A stretch of DNA of 62,017 nucleotides, the filler included. It is 3 parts of 3 records of this genome, joined end to end, with 100 filler letters (N's around TTAATTAATTAA, not from the genome) between each part and the next. Parts side by side here need not be neighbours in the genome. Positions count along the whole stretch, not along the records: positions 1 to 23,908 come from SRR31156797_1241; 2 more parts are not named here. One strand, written 5' to 3'. A program made the position numbers and the translations under genes. Below, in pieces: positions 10,544 to 20,424 of the stretch (the stretch's first letter is position 1; each line of letters begins with the position of its first letter). The notes beneath the pieces are model-generated. The model saw nothing but the letters and a program-made list of their open reading frames with translations, did no database searches and was not told the origin of the DNA.

Positions 10544-11413
10544 ATGTCCAGATATGTACTTCTGCTTGCAGTCCTGTTGCTGCTCATTCCCGCAGGCTGT
10601 GCAAAAAAGAAAATTTATTCCACTCCCGCAATCACCCATCACAAGGTGAAAAAGCAGGATTCCCCCAATGTGGTCAAACCGGTCCTGAAAACAGACCCGT
10701 ACACCATACATGGCCAGACCTATATCCCGCATCTCAGCTCCAAAGGCTATAAGGCTCAGGGACTGGCCTCATGGTATGGTGACGACTTTCACGGCAAAAC
10801 AACTGCTAACGGCGAAACCTACAACATGTACGCCATGACCGCAGCCCACCGCACCCTGCCCATGGGCACCATGCTTGAGGTTACCGACCGTTCCAGCGGA
10901 CGCAAAGTAATCGTCCGGGTCAATGACCGCGGACCTTTTGCCGATCCGGAACTGCGGATCATCGACCTTTCATACTCTGCTGCATCCAAGCTGGGCATTG
11001 TAAACAAAGGAATCACCCCAGTTGAACTGCGGGCCATTGAGGATGTCAATGTAGAGCCTGTAGAAGCTACTGAAATCGTTGCGGAAACAGCCGCGCCGAC
11101 AGAAGAGGCGGTACTGGAAGAAACTGTGCAGGCAGCACCGGAAGTTGAAGAGATCATCATCACTGAAGAAGCGACCGCGCAGGCCCACTATTACATTCAG
11201 GTTGGTGCGTTCACTGACCATGACCGCGCTCAAAATGTACTGCAGTCCCTGCGCGACAGCGGTTACAAAGAATCACGCATGGTGGAAGTTAATGTAAACG
11301 GTCAGAAATTCATGCGCGTGCAGGCTGGATACTTTTACAACATCCCTGCTGCTGAGGATGCCATAGCAACTCTGGGAGATGAGTACGGCAACGTCATTCT
11401 CGTCACTGAATAA
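10544..11413 (+). CDS. rlpA: Septal ring lytic transglycosylase RlpA (DPBB + SPOR), lipoprotein
   Basis: ASWYG, TAAHRTLP, VNDRGPF, IIDLS; C-terminal YIQVGAF SPOR. Confidence 0.95.
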   Translation: MSRYVLLLAVLLLLIPAGCAKKKIYSTPAITHHKVKKQDSPNVVKPVLKTDPYTIHGQTYIPHLSSKGYKAQGLASWYGDDFHGKTTANGETYNMYAMTAAHRTLPMGTMLEVTDRSSGRKVIVRVNDRGPFADPELRIIDLSYSAASKLGIVNKGITPVELRAIEDVNVEPVEATEIVAETAAPTEEAVLEETVQAAPEVEEIIITEEATAQAHYYIQVGAFTDHDRAQNVLQSLRDSGYKESRMVEVNVNGQKFMRVQAGYFYNIPAAEDAIATLGDEYGNVILVTE

Positions 11414-11469
11414 GAATCCTAAAAACTTTTATCTTGGCTTCGCCACAGAGCATAGGCCAATAGTCTAAA

Positions 11470-11514
11470 GTACAAAAAAACGCCCTGCCGAAACGACAGG
11501 GCGTTTTTTTGTAC
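11470..11514. terminator. Bidirectional terminator
   Basis: GTACAAAAAAACGCCCTG...CAGGGCGTTTTTTTGTAC. Confidence 0.85.
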
Positions 11515-11659
11515 ACATCAAATCTAAAAAGACCGTACTACTTTAATAAATTGCACAAAAGTATGAAACAGGAGCCGGGTAAATACCCAGCTCCCTTGTT
11601 TCATTACAAAATATCAAAGCGGGAGAAATCCAGACCGCAACGCAGGCGATCCCTCACTA

Positions 11660-11950
11660 TCAGTTCAGTTCAGACCTGAACTTACGAGAGAGCCTGAAGA
11701 CAACAACCTTGCGTGCGGGCAGGGTGATTGCTTCGTTGGTCTGAGGATTACGTCCCTTACGAGCATTTTTGTCGTAAGCTTCAAATTTACCGAAACCACT
11801 GATCAGCATAGCGTGATCTTTTTTCACGGCCTGCTTCATGATGTCGAGGATGGATTCAACCAGTTCCTTGATTTCAGCTCTGTTCCGATCAGTCTTTTCG
11901 TAGATGTAGTCAACAACGCTGGCTTTAGTAAGGGTGTTTCCGGTAGCCAT
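11660..11950 (-). CDS. ihfA: Integration host factor alpha-like subunit
   Basis: TLTKA, SGFGKF, RKGRNPQT, VVVFR. Confidence 0.85.
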   Translation of the reverse strand: MATGNTLTKASVVDYIYEKTDRNRAEIKELVESILDIMKQAVKKDHAMLISGFGKFEAYDKNARKGRNPQTNEAITLPARKVVVFRLSRKFRSELN

Positions 11951-12078
11951 TCCTTTCCTCCGTTGTCCCCGGCCCTGTGGTCAGGGGCGGCGGTTTTAAA
12001 GTTAACCGTGCCGGTAAAAACCGAGTACGGCGATTCAGGTAAAAAGGCGTTATCGTCCGAGAATAAATTAATATTAAT

Positions 12079-12501
12079 TTATTCCATTATCATCTTTTCT
12101 ATCTTTTGGGCAAGGGCTGATGCCTCATCCATGCTTTCATATTCACTCTGGGCCCAGTGGACGAAACCGTCCTCCTTAAATCTGGGGATAAGATGAAAGT
12201 GAGCATGAAAAACCAGCTGTCCTGCCGCTTCATTATTGTTCATAATCAAATTCAAGCCATCAGCTCCGGTTGCCTTGACTATGGCATCTCCGGCAAGCTG
12301 GGCTGCGATGATTATGTCCTGCCCCAATTCTGCAGGCAGATCCCAAATATTCTCACAGTGCTGCTTGGGAATAACAAGGGCATGGCCTTTATTGACCGGC
12401 CCGATATCCAGAAAGCTGAGCACTTTGTCAGTCTCATAAATCTTAAAGCAGGGAATTTCCCCAGCTACGATTTTACAGAAAATACAATCCTGATTACTCA
12501 T
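12079..12501 (-). CDS. HIT-family nucleotide hydrolase
   Basis: DCIFCKI and histidine triad HAHFH. Confidence 0.95.
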   Translation of the reverse strand: MSNQDCIFCKIVAGEIPCFKIYETDKVLSFLDIGPVNKGHALVIPKQHCENIWDLPAELGQDIIIAAQLAGDAIVKATGADGLNLIMNNNEAAGQLVFHAHFHLIPRFKEDGFVHWAQSEYESMDEASALAQKIEKMIME

Positions 12502-12679
12502 AATAAATACTGCTGCTGTTCCCACAGTTGCATGTTAAAACAAATAGTCTTAAACCGATCCTGAAAGTTTCAAGAGACAGTTATATTTAAATAAATAACC
12601 GACCACGTTTTTTTAATCAAGCTAATTTATTAAACAAAGGCATGATTTGTCTTATTTTTTAACAGAACGGCCCTGAATT

Positions 12680-13711
12680 ATGAGCACTACATTTTTTAAA
12701 CACCCGGAACCGACTCATCCTAAAACACGCATCTGGCCGGTTTTCATGCCTTTTATGGGCTGTCCTACAAAATGTATTTATTGCTCCCAAGATAGGCAGA
12801 CCGGAACAGGGGCTAAGACATTAAGCGAAATATATCAAGATATTGAACGTAATATTCCCGCTTTTTTCGCCGAAAGCAAGCGCAATCCTCTTGAACTGGC
12901 TTTCTTCGGGGGAACTTTCACCGCCCTTCCCTTTGAATGGCAACAACGCTTCATTTCACTTGCCGCCAAATTCAAACAACAGGGTTACCTGACCAAAGTA
13001 CGCTGTTCCACCAGACCGGACTGCATTGATTCAGGTCAAATATTAAAACTACGTGAAGCCGGACTGAACATGGTTGAACTGGGCATCCAGAGTTTTTCAG
13101 CAGAAGTCCTGCGCCGCTCCGCACGCAATTATTCCCCAAAAACCGCAATCAATGCCTGCCGCACTATTCAGGATAGCGGTCTGTCACTGGGCATACAGCT
13201 ACTGCCCGGACTGCCCGGAACAAAGCACGGCGATTTTCTACGCGACATAAGCCAAACCATCGAACTCAACCCCGATGCCGTGCGCATCTATCCCTGCCTG
13301 ACCGTTAAAGGAACTGGACTGGAAAAACTATATCAGGCAGGAAAATACACTCCATGGTCCTTGAGACGTACTGAGGAAGAATTAGCCCCGGCCCTGCTGC
13401 AACTCTGGCAAAACAAAATTCATGTCATCCGCATCGGCATAGCCCACGAAGACGGGTTTGAAGAGAGCATTATAGCCGGTCCTGTTCATCCGGCACTAGG
13501 CCAGAAAATACGGTCTAAGGCCCTATATCTTTTCCTGCGCTCCCAACTGGCTATGCTCAGATCCCCCCTTAAACAACTGATCGTTCCCCAGCAACATTCC
13601 GGGGAGCTCTGGGGGCATAAAGCCAGCCTGAAGCCTCTTTATGCTAAAATCGGTATCACTCCTGACAATACTAGATTTTCATCAAGATCCTTTTTCGTAA
13701 TTGTCTCTTAA
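12680..13711 (+). CDS. Radical SAM protein (Elp3/YhcC-like)
   Basis: CPTKCIYC (CxxxCxxC), FFGGTFT, STRPD, VELGIQS. Confidence 0.9.
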   Translation: MSTTFFKHPEPTHPKTRIWPVFMPFMGCPTKCIYCSQDRQTGTGAKTLSEIYQDIERNIPAFFAESKRNPLELAFFGGTFTALPFEWQQRFISLAAKFKQQGYLTKVRCSTRPDCIDSGQILKLREAGLNMVELGIQSFSAEVLRRSARNYSPKTAINACRTIQDSGLSLGIQLLPGLPGTKHGDFLRDISQTIELNPDAVRIYPCLTVKGTGLEKLYQAGKYTPWSLRRTEEELAPALLQLWQNKIHVIRIGIAHEDGFEESIIAGPVHPALGQKIRSKALYLFLRSQLAMLRSPLKQLIVPQQHSGELWGHKASLKPLYAKIGITPDNTRFSSRSFFVIVS

Positions 13712-13884
13712 TAACTGTACCATCATTGCTTTTAGTAATCGTTACTGATAAGAAGACGATATAGATTTTGGAAAATCCTTTTCCGAACCTATAAAATAAG
13801 TCATATTCATGAATGTACTATATTATAGTTGATGAGTAGATAAGTGCCCTCTTAACATAAGCGGGATTAATAAGGAGACAGAAC

Positions 13885-15552
13885 ATGAGCACACTGAGCG
13901 CAGAAGAAAAATATCGCAATTTCATCCCTGAAGAGAGCCGCGAATACCTTGAGAAGCTTTTTGCCGGATTCAAACGGACTGTAATAATTGAAGTCTACAC
14001 CACCGAAGGCGAGCACCGCGAATATAACGAATTCACACTGAATCTCTGTCGGGCATTCAGCGTACTCAGTGACAAGATAGAATTACGTGAATATGCACTG
14101 GATAGCGAGATGGGCAAAAACCGCGATATCATCGCCACGCCTACCGTGCTAATCTCACCGGATGAATACGATATCCGCTTTCTGGGTGCACCTGCCGGTG
14201 AAGAAGGCAGAGCCTTGGTGGAAGCACTCAATCTTGCTTCCAAAGGCGCAGATGGAATTTCAGACTCCACCAAAGAAATACTCGAACCTCTGGAAGAAAA
14301 CAGATTAATCAAGATCTTTGCCAGCCCGACCTGTCCCTACTGCCCCGGACAAGCCATTAACGGTTTCAAGGCAGCTGTTGCCAGACCTGACAAAATATCC
14401 GCTTGGAATGTTTCCACCCTTGATAATGAAAACATGGCCCACGAATACAAAGTCGGCTCTGTCCCACATACCGACATTAATGACACAGCAACCTTCACCG
14501 GGCTGGAACCGGAAGAAAAATTTATGCTTCAGCTACTCTTCCTGAAGCCACTTGAAAAAGTGGTTGAAGAACAGCGGGCTGCCAAAGCGGATACATCCGA
14601 AAAGACTGTTTATGAAGATGTGGATCTGGCCATTATCGGCGGAGGGCCTGCCGGGATGAGTGCCGGAATTTACGCCAAGCGTAGCGGACTAAGCTGCATC
14701 ATCCTTGAAAAACAGGGCGTGGGTGGACAGGTTGCGCTGACTCCCAAAGTTGAAAACTATCCCGGCTTCACAAATATTCAGGGCTTTGAACTGGTGGAAA
14801 TCCTCGGCTCTCATGCCCGCGAATACACTGACATTCACCAGTTTGCAGAGGTTAAGGACGTTAAATACGGTCCACGCATCGAGATAATCACCGAAGAGAA
14901 GACCTACCGGGCCAGAGGCATCATGCTCGCCACCGGAGTCAACGTGCGCATGCTCGGCGTTCCGGGTGAAGATAAATTCTACGGACATGGGGTCAGCTAT
15001 TGCGCTACCTGTGACGGAAACTTCTATAAGGGCGGCAAGGCCGTTGTGGTCGGCGGCGGCAACACCGCGCTCACCGATGCCCTGCACCTCAAGCATCTGG
15101 GCATTGAAACCACAATCGTCCATCGCGGCGACAAGTTCCGGGCCGAAAAAGTGCTGCAGGATTCCGTGAACCGTGAAGGCATCGAAATCATCTGGAACAG
15201 TCAGGTTACTGAAATTATCGGTGAGAATCAGGTGGAATCAGCCCGTATCTTGAACAAAGAGGGCACTGAAAATATTCTGGATACCGATGTAGTGTTTGTT
15301 GCTATCGGGCACACCGCCAATACCGAGCTTGCTGAAAAATTGGGCGTGGAATTGCGCCCGGATGGTTTCATCAAAGTTGATCCCACCCAGCGTACCAGCG
15401 TGGAACGGGTCTATGCAGCAGGAGACGTAACCGGAGGCGTGCGCCAGATTATCACCGCTACCGGGCAAGGAGCTGCCGCAGCACTGACCGCATTTGATGA
15501 TTTCACCAGACTCTTTGATGACAGCAAAGAGAATGGTAAGAATATTTGGTAA
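13885..15552 (+). CDS. Thioredoxin reductase fused to an N-terminal AhpF-NTD/PDO-like double thioredoxin fold
   Basis: CPYC in the N-domain; GGGPAG FAD site, CATC, GGGNTA NADPH site, YAAGD. Confidence 0.9.
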   Translation: MSTLSAEEKYRNFIPEESREYLEKLFAGFKRTVIIEVYTTEGEHREYNEFTLNLCRAFSVLSDKIELREYALDSEMGKNRDIIATPTVLISPDEYDIRFLGAPAGEEGRALVEALNLASKGADGISDSTKEILEPLEENRLIKIFASPTCPYCPGQAINGFKAAVARPDKISAWNVSTLDNENMAHEYKVGSVPHTDINDTATFTGLEPEEKFMLQLLFLKPLEKVVEEQRAAKADTSEKTVYEDVDLAIIGGGPAGMSAGIYAKRSGLSCIILEKQGVGGQVALTPKVENYPGFTNIQGFELVEILGSHAREYTDIHQFAEVKDVKYGPRIEIITEEKTYRARGIMLATGVNVRMLGVPGEDKFYGHGVSYCATCDGNFYKGGKAVVVGGGNTALTDALHLKHLGIETTIVHRGDKFRAEKVLQDSVNREGIEIIWNSQVTEIIGENQVESARILNKEGTENILDTDVVFVAIGHTANTELAEKLGVELRPDGFIKVDPTQRTSVERVYAAGDVTGGVRQIITATGQGAAAALTAFDDFTRLFDDSKENGKNIW

Positions 15553-15557
15553 ACAAT

Positions 15558-15591
15558 AAAGCGTCCTGTTCTTTAGAGAACAGGACGCTTT
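15558..15591. terminator. Bidirectional terminator
   Basis: AAAGCGTCCTGTTCT-TTAG-AGAACAGGACGCTTT between convergent genes. Confidence 0.8.
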
Positions 15592-15600
15592 GCTATAAAG

Positions 15601-16482
15601 TTAGTTCGGGAACAAATTCTGTTTAACATTTAAAAAATTATTCACTGTCCGCCCAAGCCCCACCGGGTCCTGATACATGAGCCAGTGGGTTGCATTCTTG
15701 TAACGTACCAGCCAGCTGCCTTTAATCTCACCACTTATCTGCACAGCTAAATTTTCAGGCAGGATATCATCATCCAATCCGGAAATAACCAACGTATCTT
15801 TCTCAAGCCCGTAAAGCCGTGAGCAGCAACCATCCCAACCAATCATAGCATCCGCCTGAGCCTGTATGATCGCTGGGCCTGGAGGATTTGCCGAACGCGG
15901 AAGCTTTGCATAGGCATCAGGATATTTTTCAATCCAACCGGGCGGAAAGAAGTGGGTCAACAACTCCTTTACATCCATCTTCAACAACCTGCGGGTGACA
16001 TCCGCAACTGGCTCTGCATCGCAGGAAGCTGCCAGCAAAATAAGCTTGTTCACCTTTTCCGGATAATTAAGCGCCATTTCCTGCGCGATAAGTCCACCCA
16101 TGGACCAGCCGAGCACATCAGCCTGCTGGTAACCAAGTTCACGCAATAATCCGGCACTATCCACCGCCATGCGGGTAATGGTTATTTCCTCGGTTCCGTT
16201 ACTTGAGGCGCCTATGCCCCGGTTATCAAAGATGATCACCGTATGTTCTTTGCTTAATTCACGGATCAACTGCGCATCCCAAATGTCCATACTCCCGGCA
16301 AAGCCCATGACCATAAGTAAAGGCAGACCTTCACCGAAGGTGCGATAAGCAAGCTGCACATCATCCACCTTAACCTGCGACTTAGGTAAAGAAGCAAGAG
16401 AATGTACGGAATCGGGTAGGTTCTTCTGTGCACATCCGGCTAAAAGAACAAAGACGACAAGAAATGTAATCAAACGGCGCAT
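15601..16482 (-). CDS. Alpha/beta hydrolase lipoprotein
   Basis: Lipobox LAGC; GWSMGG nucleophile elbow; C-terminal His (ATHW). Confidence 0.9.
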   Translation of the reverse strand: MRRLITFLVVFVLLAGCAQKNLPDSVHSLASLPKSQVKVDDVQLAYRTFGEGLPLLMVMGFAGSMDIWDAQLIRELSKEHTVIIFDNRGIGASSNGTEEITITRMAVDSAGLLRELGYQQADVLGWSMGGLIAQEMALNYPEKVNKLILLAASCDAEPVADVTRRLLKMDVKELLTHFFPPGWIEKYPDAYAKLPRSANPPGPAIIQAQADAMIGWDGCCSRLYGLEKDTLVISGLDDDILPENLAVQISGEIKGSWLVRYKNATHWLMYQDPVGLGRTVNNFLNVKQNLFPN

Positions 16483-16495
16483 AGAGGCTCCATTT

Positions 16496-18079
16496 CTAAG
16501 GTTTCATGCCAGAGTACTCTTCATCACTATTTTTGAAAAGCTGGTAGTCTTCAACTTCTTCTCCTGCTGTTTCAGGACTATCAACTTTATCTGTTATTTG
16601 ATCAGCCGATTCAGCCTCAATGCTAGATTCAGATTCCTGCCCGTAAACTTCAGACTGCATAGTTTTCACTCCCAGACCATTACCGAAATGATCAGCAATA
16701 ACCTCATTGCGCACCTTGGTTACACTGAAAGGTTCCCCCTTGCTTACAAGTACGGCCACCCGGTGCAGGAAATCACGAATTACCGCAGCCTGATCACGCT
16801 GATCAGCGGAAACGGATTCGCTGCGCTCGCCCATCTCACATAAACCATTGACCATGAGCTGGGATTCAGGATTATCCTTGAGCATGAAAAGCGCAGCCAA
16901 CAAAGAAACGTCTATTTCACCCAGACCATCCTTAATAGCTGCATAAATTTGGTATTCCTCGACGATCTCATCATTGATCACCGCCTGGACGACCTTGAGC
17001 AAGGCTTCATCTGTTCCTTTTTCACCTTTGCAACTGAAAATCTGCAACCACAGGGAACGCATATCAGCCTCAAGCCCGGAATCAAGGATATCCTCAATGC
17101 TGAGTACTCCATCAACAAATCTTTTAAACAACCGCCGGCAGCCCATGTTGAGACGCTCTTTCTCTCCATTCTGCTGCGCCCTTTCACACAATTCACGATC
17201 GGCCCGGATCATTTCCGCAAGTTCGCGGCGCATGTCAGCGTCTTTCAGATCTTCCAGCTCTGCTTCAAGTTGCTCATCTTCCATGTCACGCAGAGATTGG
17301 AATTCCTGCTTCATGTGCTGATTCCGGGCCTGAGGCCCAAGCATTTCATGGAGACGTTCATAATGGTCCTCGCCCAATTGCTCCTTCCAACTTTCACACA
17401 GAATCAACGCTGTAACCGGATCTTTAACTCCGATTGTTTCCAGTGCCCCGGCATACATGGCCTGCTTTGCTGTGATTAAGCGCAATTCCAAAAGTTTGGG
17501 ATTGCTTCCACGGTAAAGGCGCATGATCGCACCTTCCAGTAATTTCTCACCGTGCATAAGTGAAGCTGCGTCGGGGCTGAGATTAACTGCCTTAAGAACG
17601 GAATCTATGGTCTCAGCAGTAGTGGATTCCTTCCAATTCTGATATTCCTGACTCTGATGGCGGGCCACTGCATCCACCGCAGTTCTGCGCCGAGATTCAA
17701 GAATCTCCATAAGCCGGGTCCGGCATTCGTCGTCAGGCAGGGAGTCACGCAGCCTGCCGCCCTCTTCTGTAAAATAGTCGTTAACTTCAAACACCGCTGA
17801 CTGTGCATCCCCTGCCCGTAATTCCATCACCCCGGATTCAGGGGCAGCCAATATTTCCTGCAAACCGGATTCAAATCGATTGTACGCGTCCAGCACCCGC
17901 AAGTCGCGCTCTTCCTCCTCCCGGTCGCGGGCACGCTGCAATAATGTAGGGTCAATATTTTCCTGCGAACTTAATCTTTCCAGTTCAGGGCTTATCCCAT
18001 GCTCCTTTTCCATTCCGAACAAACTGTCTACGGATTGTCCGTTTAAAAAACTTCCACTTTTAAAACTTGCGATCTCCAT
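16496..18079 (-). CDS. Hypothetical acidic, helical protein
   Basis: 527-aa ORF, AGGAG RBS; no recognised catalytic motif. Confidence 0.7.
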   Translation of the reverse strand: MEIASFKSGSFLNGQSVDSLFGMEKEHGISPELERLSSQENIDPTLLQRARDREEEERDLRVLDAYNRFESGLQEILAAPESGVMELRAGDAQSAVFEVNDYFTEEGGRLRDSLPDDECRTRLMEILESRRRTAVDAVARHQSQEYQNWKESTTAETIDSVLKAVNLSPDAASLMHGEKLLEGAIMRLYRGSNPKLLELRLITAKQAMYAGALETIGVKDPVTALILCESWKEQLGEDHYERLHEMLGPQARNQHMKQEFQSLRDMEDEQLEAELEDLKDADMRRELAEMIRADRELCERAQQNGEKERLNMGCRRLFKRFVDGVLSIEDILDSGLEADMRSLWLQIFSCKGEKGTDEALLKVVQAVINDEIVEEYQIYAAIKDGLGEIDVSLLAALFMLKDNPESQLMVNGLCEMGERSESVSADQRDQAAVIRDFLHRVAVLVSKGEPFSVTKVRNEVIADHFGNGLGVKTMQSEVYGQESESSIEAESADQITDKVDSPETAGEEVEDYQLFKNSDEEYSGMKP

Positions 18080-18145
18080 TGTTTCTTTCTCCTGTTACAT
18101 ATTGATTTATAATACAAAATCACAGACACAGGAGCACAAAATAGC

Positions 18146-18189
18146 AAAGAGGGCGGACCTGAGTCAGGTAGCTCAGGTCCGCCCTCTTT
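18146..18189. terminator. Strong hairpin or terminator downstream of gap
   Basis: AAAGAGGGCGGACCTGAG-N8-CTCAGGTCCGCCCTCTTT, 18-bp perfect stem. Confidence 0.7.
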
Positions 18190-18347
18190 TGGCAATCTTA
18201 AGAATCTCATCCATTCAACAGGTACATCCACTACCTGTTGAATGTTGGGAGGTTTTAAACCCTTTCAGGAAAAGGGCAAAAAAACCGGCAACGGTAAACA
18301 TCCCGAACCGCTGCCGATCTTTAGTACTTAATTGGTGTCGCGCAGAA

Positions 18348-19367
18348 CTAGATACCGCACTTAGCCATATAGTCGATCAGGTCGGCCAGACGGCAGGAGT
18401 AACCCCATTCGTTGTCGTACCATGCGTAAACCTTAGCAAGGTTGCCGCCCTGCACAACGGTGAAGTCCGCTTCGACGATACCAGAGCGGGGATCAGCGAG
18501 GAAATCGGAAGAAACAAGGGGAGCTTCGGAGTAGCCCATGATGCCATTGAGCTCGCCTTCGGAAGCGGCTTTCAGGGTAGCCTTGAGTTCTTCGGTGGTG
18601 GTGTCTTTTTTAAGCACTGCAACGAAGTCAACAAGGGATACGGTGGGTGTGGGGACACGCACGGAGTAACCTTCAAAACGGCCAGCCATTTCGGGGATTA
18701 CCAGAGCAACAGCTTTAGCCGCACCGGTGGAGGTGGGGATCATGTTGCAAGCTGCAGCGCGGGCGCGACGCAGATCCTTATGAGGCTGGTCGAGGATGCG
18801 CTGGTCGTTGGTGTATGCGTGAACAGTGGTCATCACACCTTTCTCAATACCGAACTTCTCGTGCATGGTCTTAACGATAGGCGCGAGGCAGTTGGTGGTA
18901 CAAGAAGCGTTGGAAATAATGGTGTGCTTTGCAGGATCGTAATCCTTGTGGTTAACACCCATAACAACGGTGATATCTTCTTCCTTTGCAGGAGCAGAGA
19001 TAACAACCTTCTTGGCTCCGCCTTCGAGATGCTGCGCAGCGGTGGGACCAGTTCTGAAAATACCGGTACACTCGATTACGATATCAACACCGCACTCACC
19101 CCAGGGAATCTGACGGGGATCACGTTCTGCGAAGTTTTTGATGGTGTAGTCGGAACCAACAAACATGGTGGTGCCTTCTACTTTTACTTCTGCAGGGAAT
19201 TTACCGTAGTTGGTATCTCTGGCAAAGAGAGCTGAGTTTGTTTCGATGTCGAAAAGGTCGTTGATGGCTACAACATCAATGGTGTCACGATGTCTTTCCC
19301 AAATGGTTTTCAGAACCTGACGGCCGATACGACCGAAACCGTTAATACCTACTTTTACTTTGCTCAT
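18348..19367 (-). CDS. gap: Type I glyceraldehyde-3-phosphate dehydrogenase
   Basis: GINGFGRIGR, SNASCTTNC, WYDNEWGYS; start MSKVK. Confidence 0.98.
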   Translation of the reverse strand: MSKVKVGINGFGRIGRQVLKTIWERHRDTIDVVAINDLFDIETNSALFARDTNYGKFPAEVKVEGTTMFVGSDYTIKNFAERDPRQIPWGECGVDIVIECTGIFRTGPTAAQHLEGGAKKVVISAPAKEEDITVVMGVNHKDYDPAKHTIISNASCTTNCLAPIVKTMHEKFGIEKGVMTTVHAYTNDQRILDQPHKDLRRARAAACNMIPTSTGAAKAVALVIPEMAGRFEGYSVRVPTPTVSLVDFVAVLKKDTTTEELKATLKAASEGELNGIMGYSEAPLVSSDFLADPRSGIVEADFTVVQGGNLAKVYAWYDNEWGYSCRLADLIDYMAKCGI

Positions 19368-19392
19368 TTTAAATTCCTTATATTCACACGTC

Positions 19393-19953
19393 TTACAGAT
19401 CGTCGACGCGGTAGATGTAATCGTTTGCCAGTTCGCTTGCACGCTTCAGGGCGCTATACATACGGGCATTTTCAAGAGCGAGACCGGAGAGGTCGGCAAC
19501 GCACTTGAGGAAATCCAGTTCTTCTTCGGAAAATTCGCGGAGTTCAGCGGAGTATACACGCAAAACGCCGATTACTTTTTCACCGCGCGCGGTGAGAGGA
19601 AGAACGACGAGAGAGCAAAGACCTTCTTTTGCTGCTTCTTCAGGATACTGGAAGCGATCGTCTTTTCTCACGTCGGCGATGGATACGATTTTACCATCAA
19701 GAACTTCCTGGTCCAAACGGCTCTTGGAAACCTCAACAGGACCTTTCTTTTCGTAACGTTCGCTCAGACCGTAAGAGGCGTCTGCTTTCAGAACTTCACC
19801 CTTGCGATCAAGAAGTCTGATAAAACAACCTTTCAGTTCCATTTCAGTTGCCACTTTTTCGGCAATGCTGTTCAGAACTTTTTCCGGCTCCAGGCTGGAG
19901 TTAACAGCTCTGGTGATTTCGAAAATTGCTTTGTAGAGTCTGGTTACACCCAT
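19393..19953 (-). CDS. Stand-alone GAF-domain protein
   Basis: SLVVLPL...VIGVLRVYS...FSEEEL...ALENARMY GAF pattern. Confidence 0.88.
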   Translation of the reverse strand: MGVTRLYKAIFEITRAVNSSLEPEKVLNSIAEKVATEMELKGCFIRLLDRKGEVLKADASYGLSERYEKKGPVEVSKSRLDQEVLDGKIVSIADVRKDDRFQYPEEAAKEGLCSLVVLPLTARGEKVIGVLRVYSAELREFSEEELDFLKCVADLSGLALENARMYSALKRASELANDYIYRVDDL

Positions 19954-20424
19954 TTCTCATACCTGCCTTGTTTATGTTTAACCGAAAGGGCCGCTTAAAG
20001 GGCGGACCTGCGTATCAAGTTCTTGGTTAATTGCTTTCTAACAGATTTGAAATCATTTTGCATGCAAAAAATGACCACTTTCTAACATTTTTATGTTTTG
20101 TGCCGCTAAATGTTTTTCGTTTATGAAAATTTTGTTCGCTTTTGTTAAGCATAACAACTTCAATATTATTTATAAACTAAATAAACTTAAAATCCCTGAA
20201 AGCATTGCAGATAAACAATTCTACTTCAAGACTGCAAAAATAATATATTCAATAAAAAAAGCTCCGGGCTGGAGAAAAGTAGAATTGGGAAAGGTTCGAT
20301 TTAGAAATATAACCAAGCACCCGGACAAGAGGCTGGCTCAATAATATCAGAATATACCCTGACAGCAACCTATAAAGTTACAAACAGGGCACAGGGAAAA
20401 GAAGAGCTTTGAAAAGCTGACGGC

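Noticed and set aside
17880-19235. 451-aa plus-strand ORF
   Set aside because: Antisense shadow of gap with no motifs
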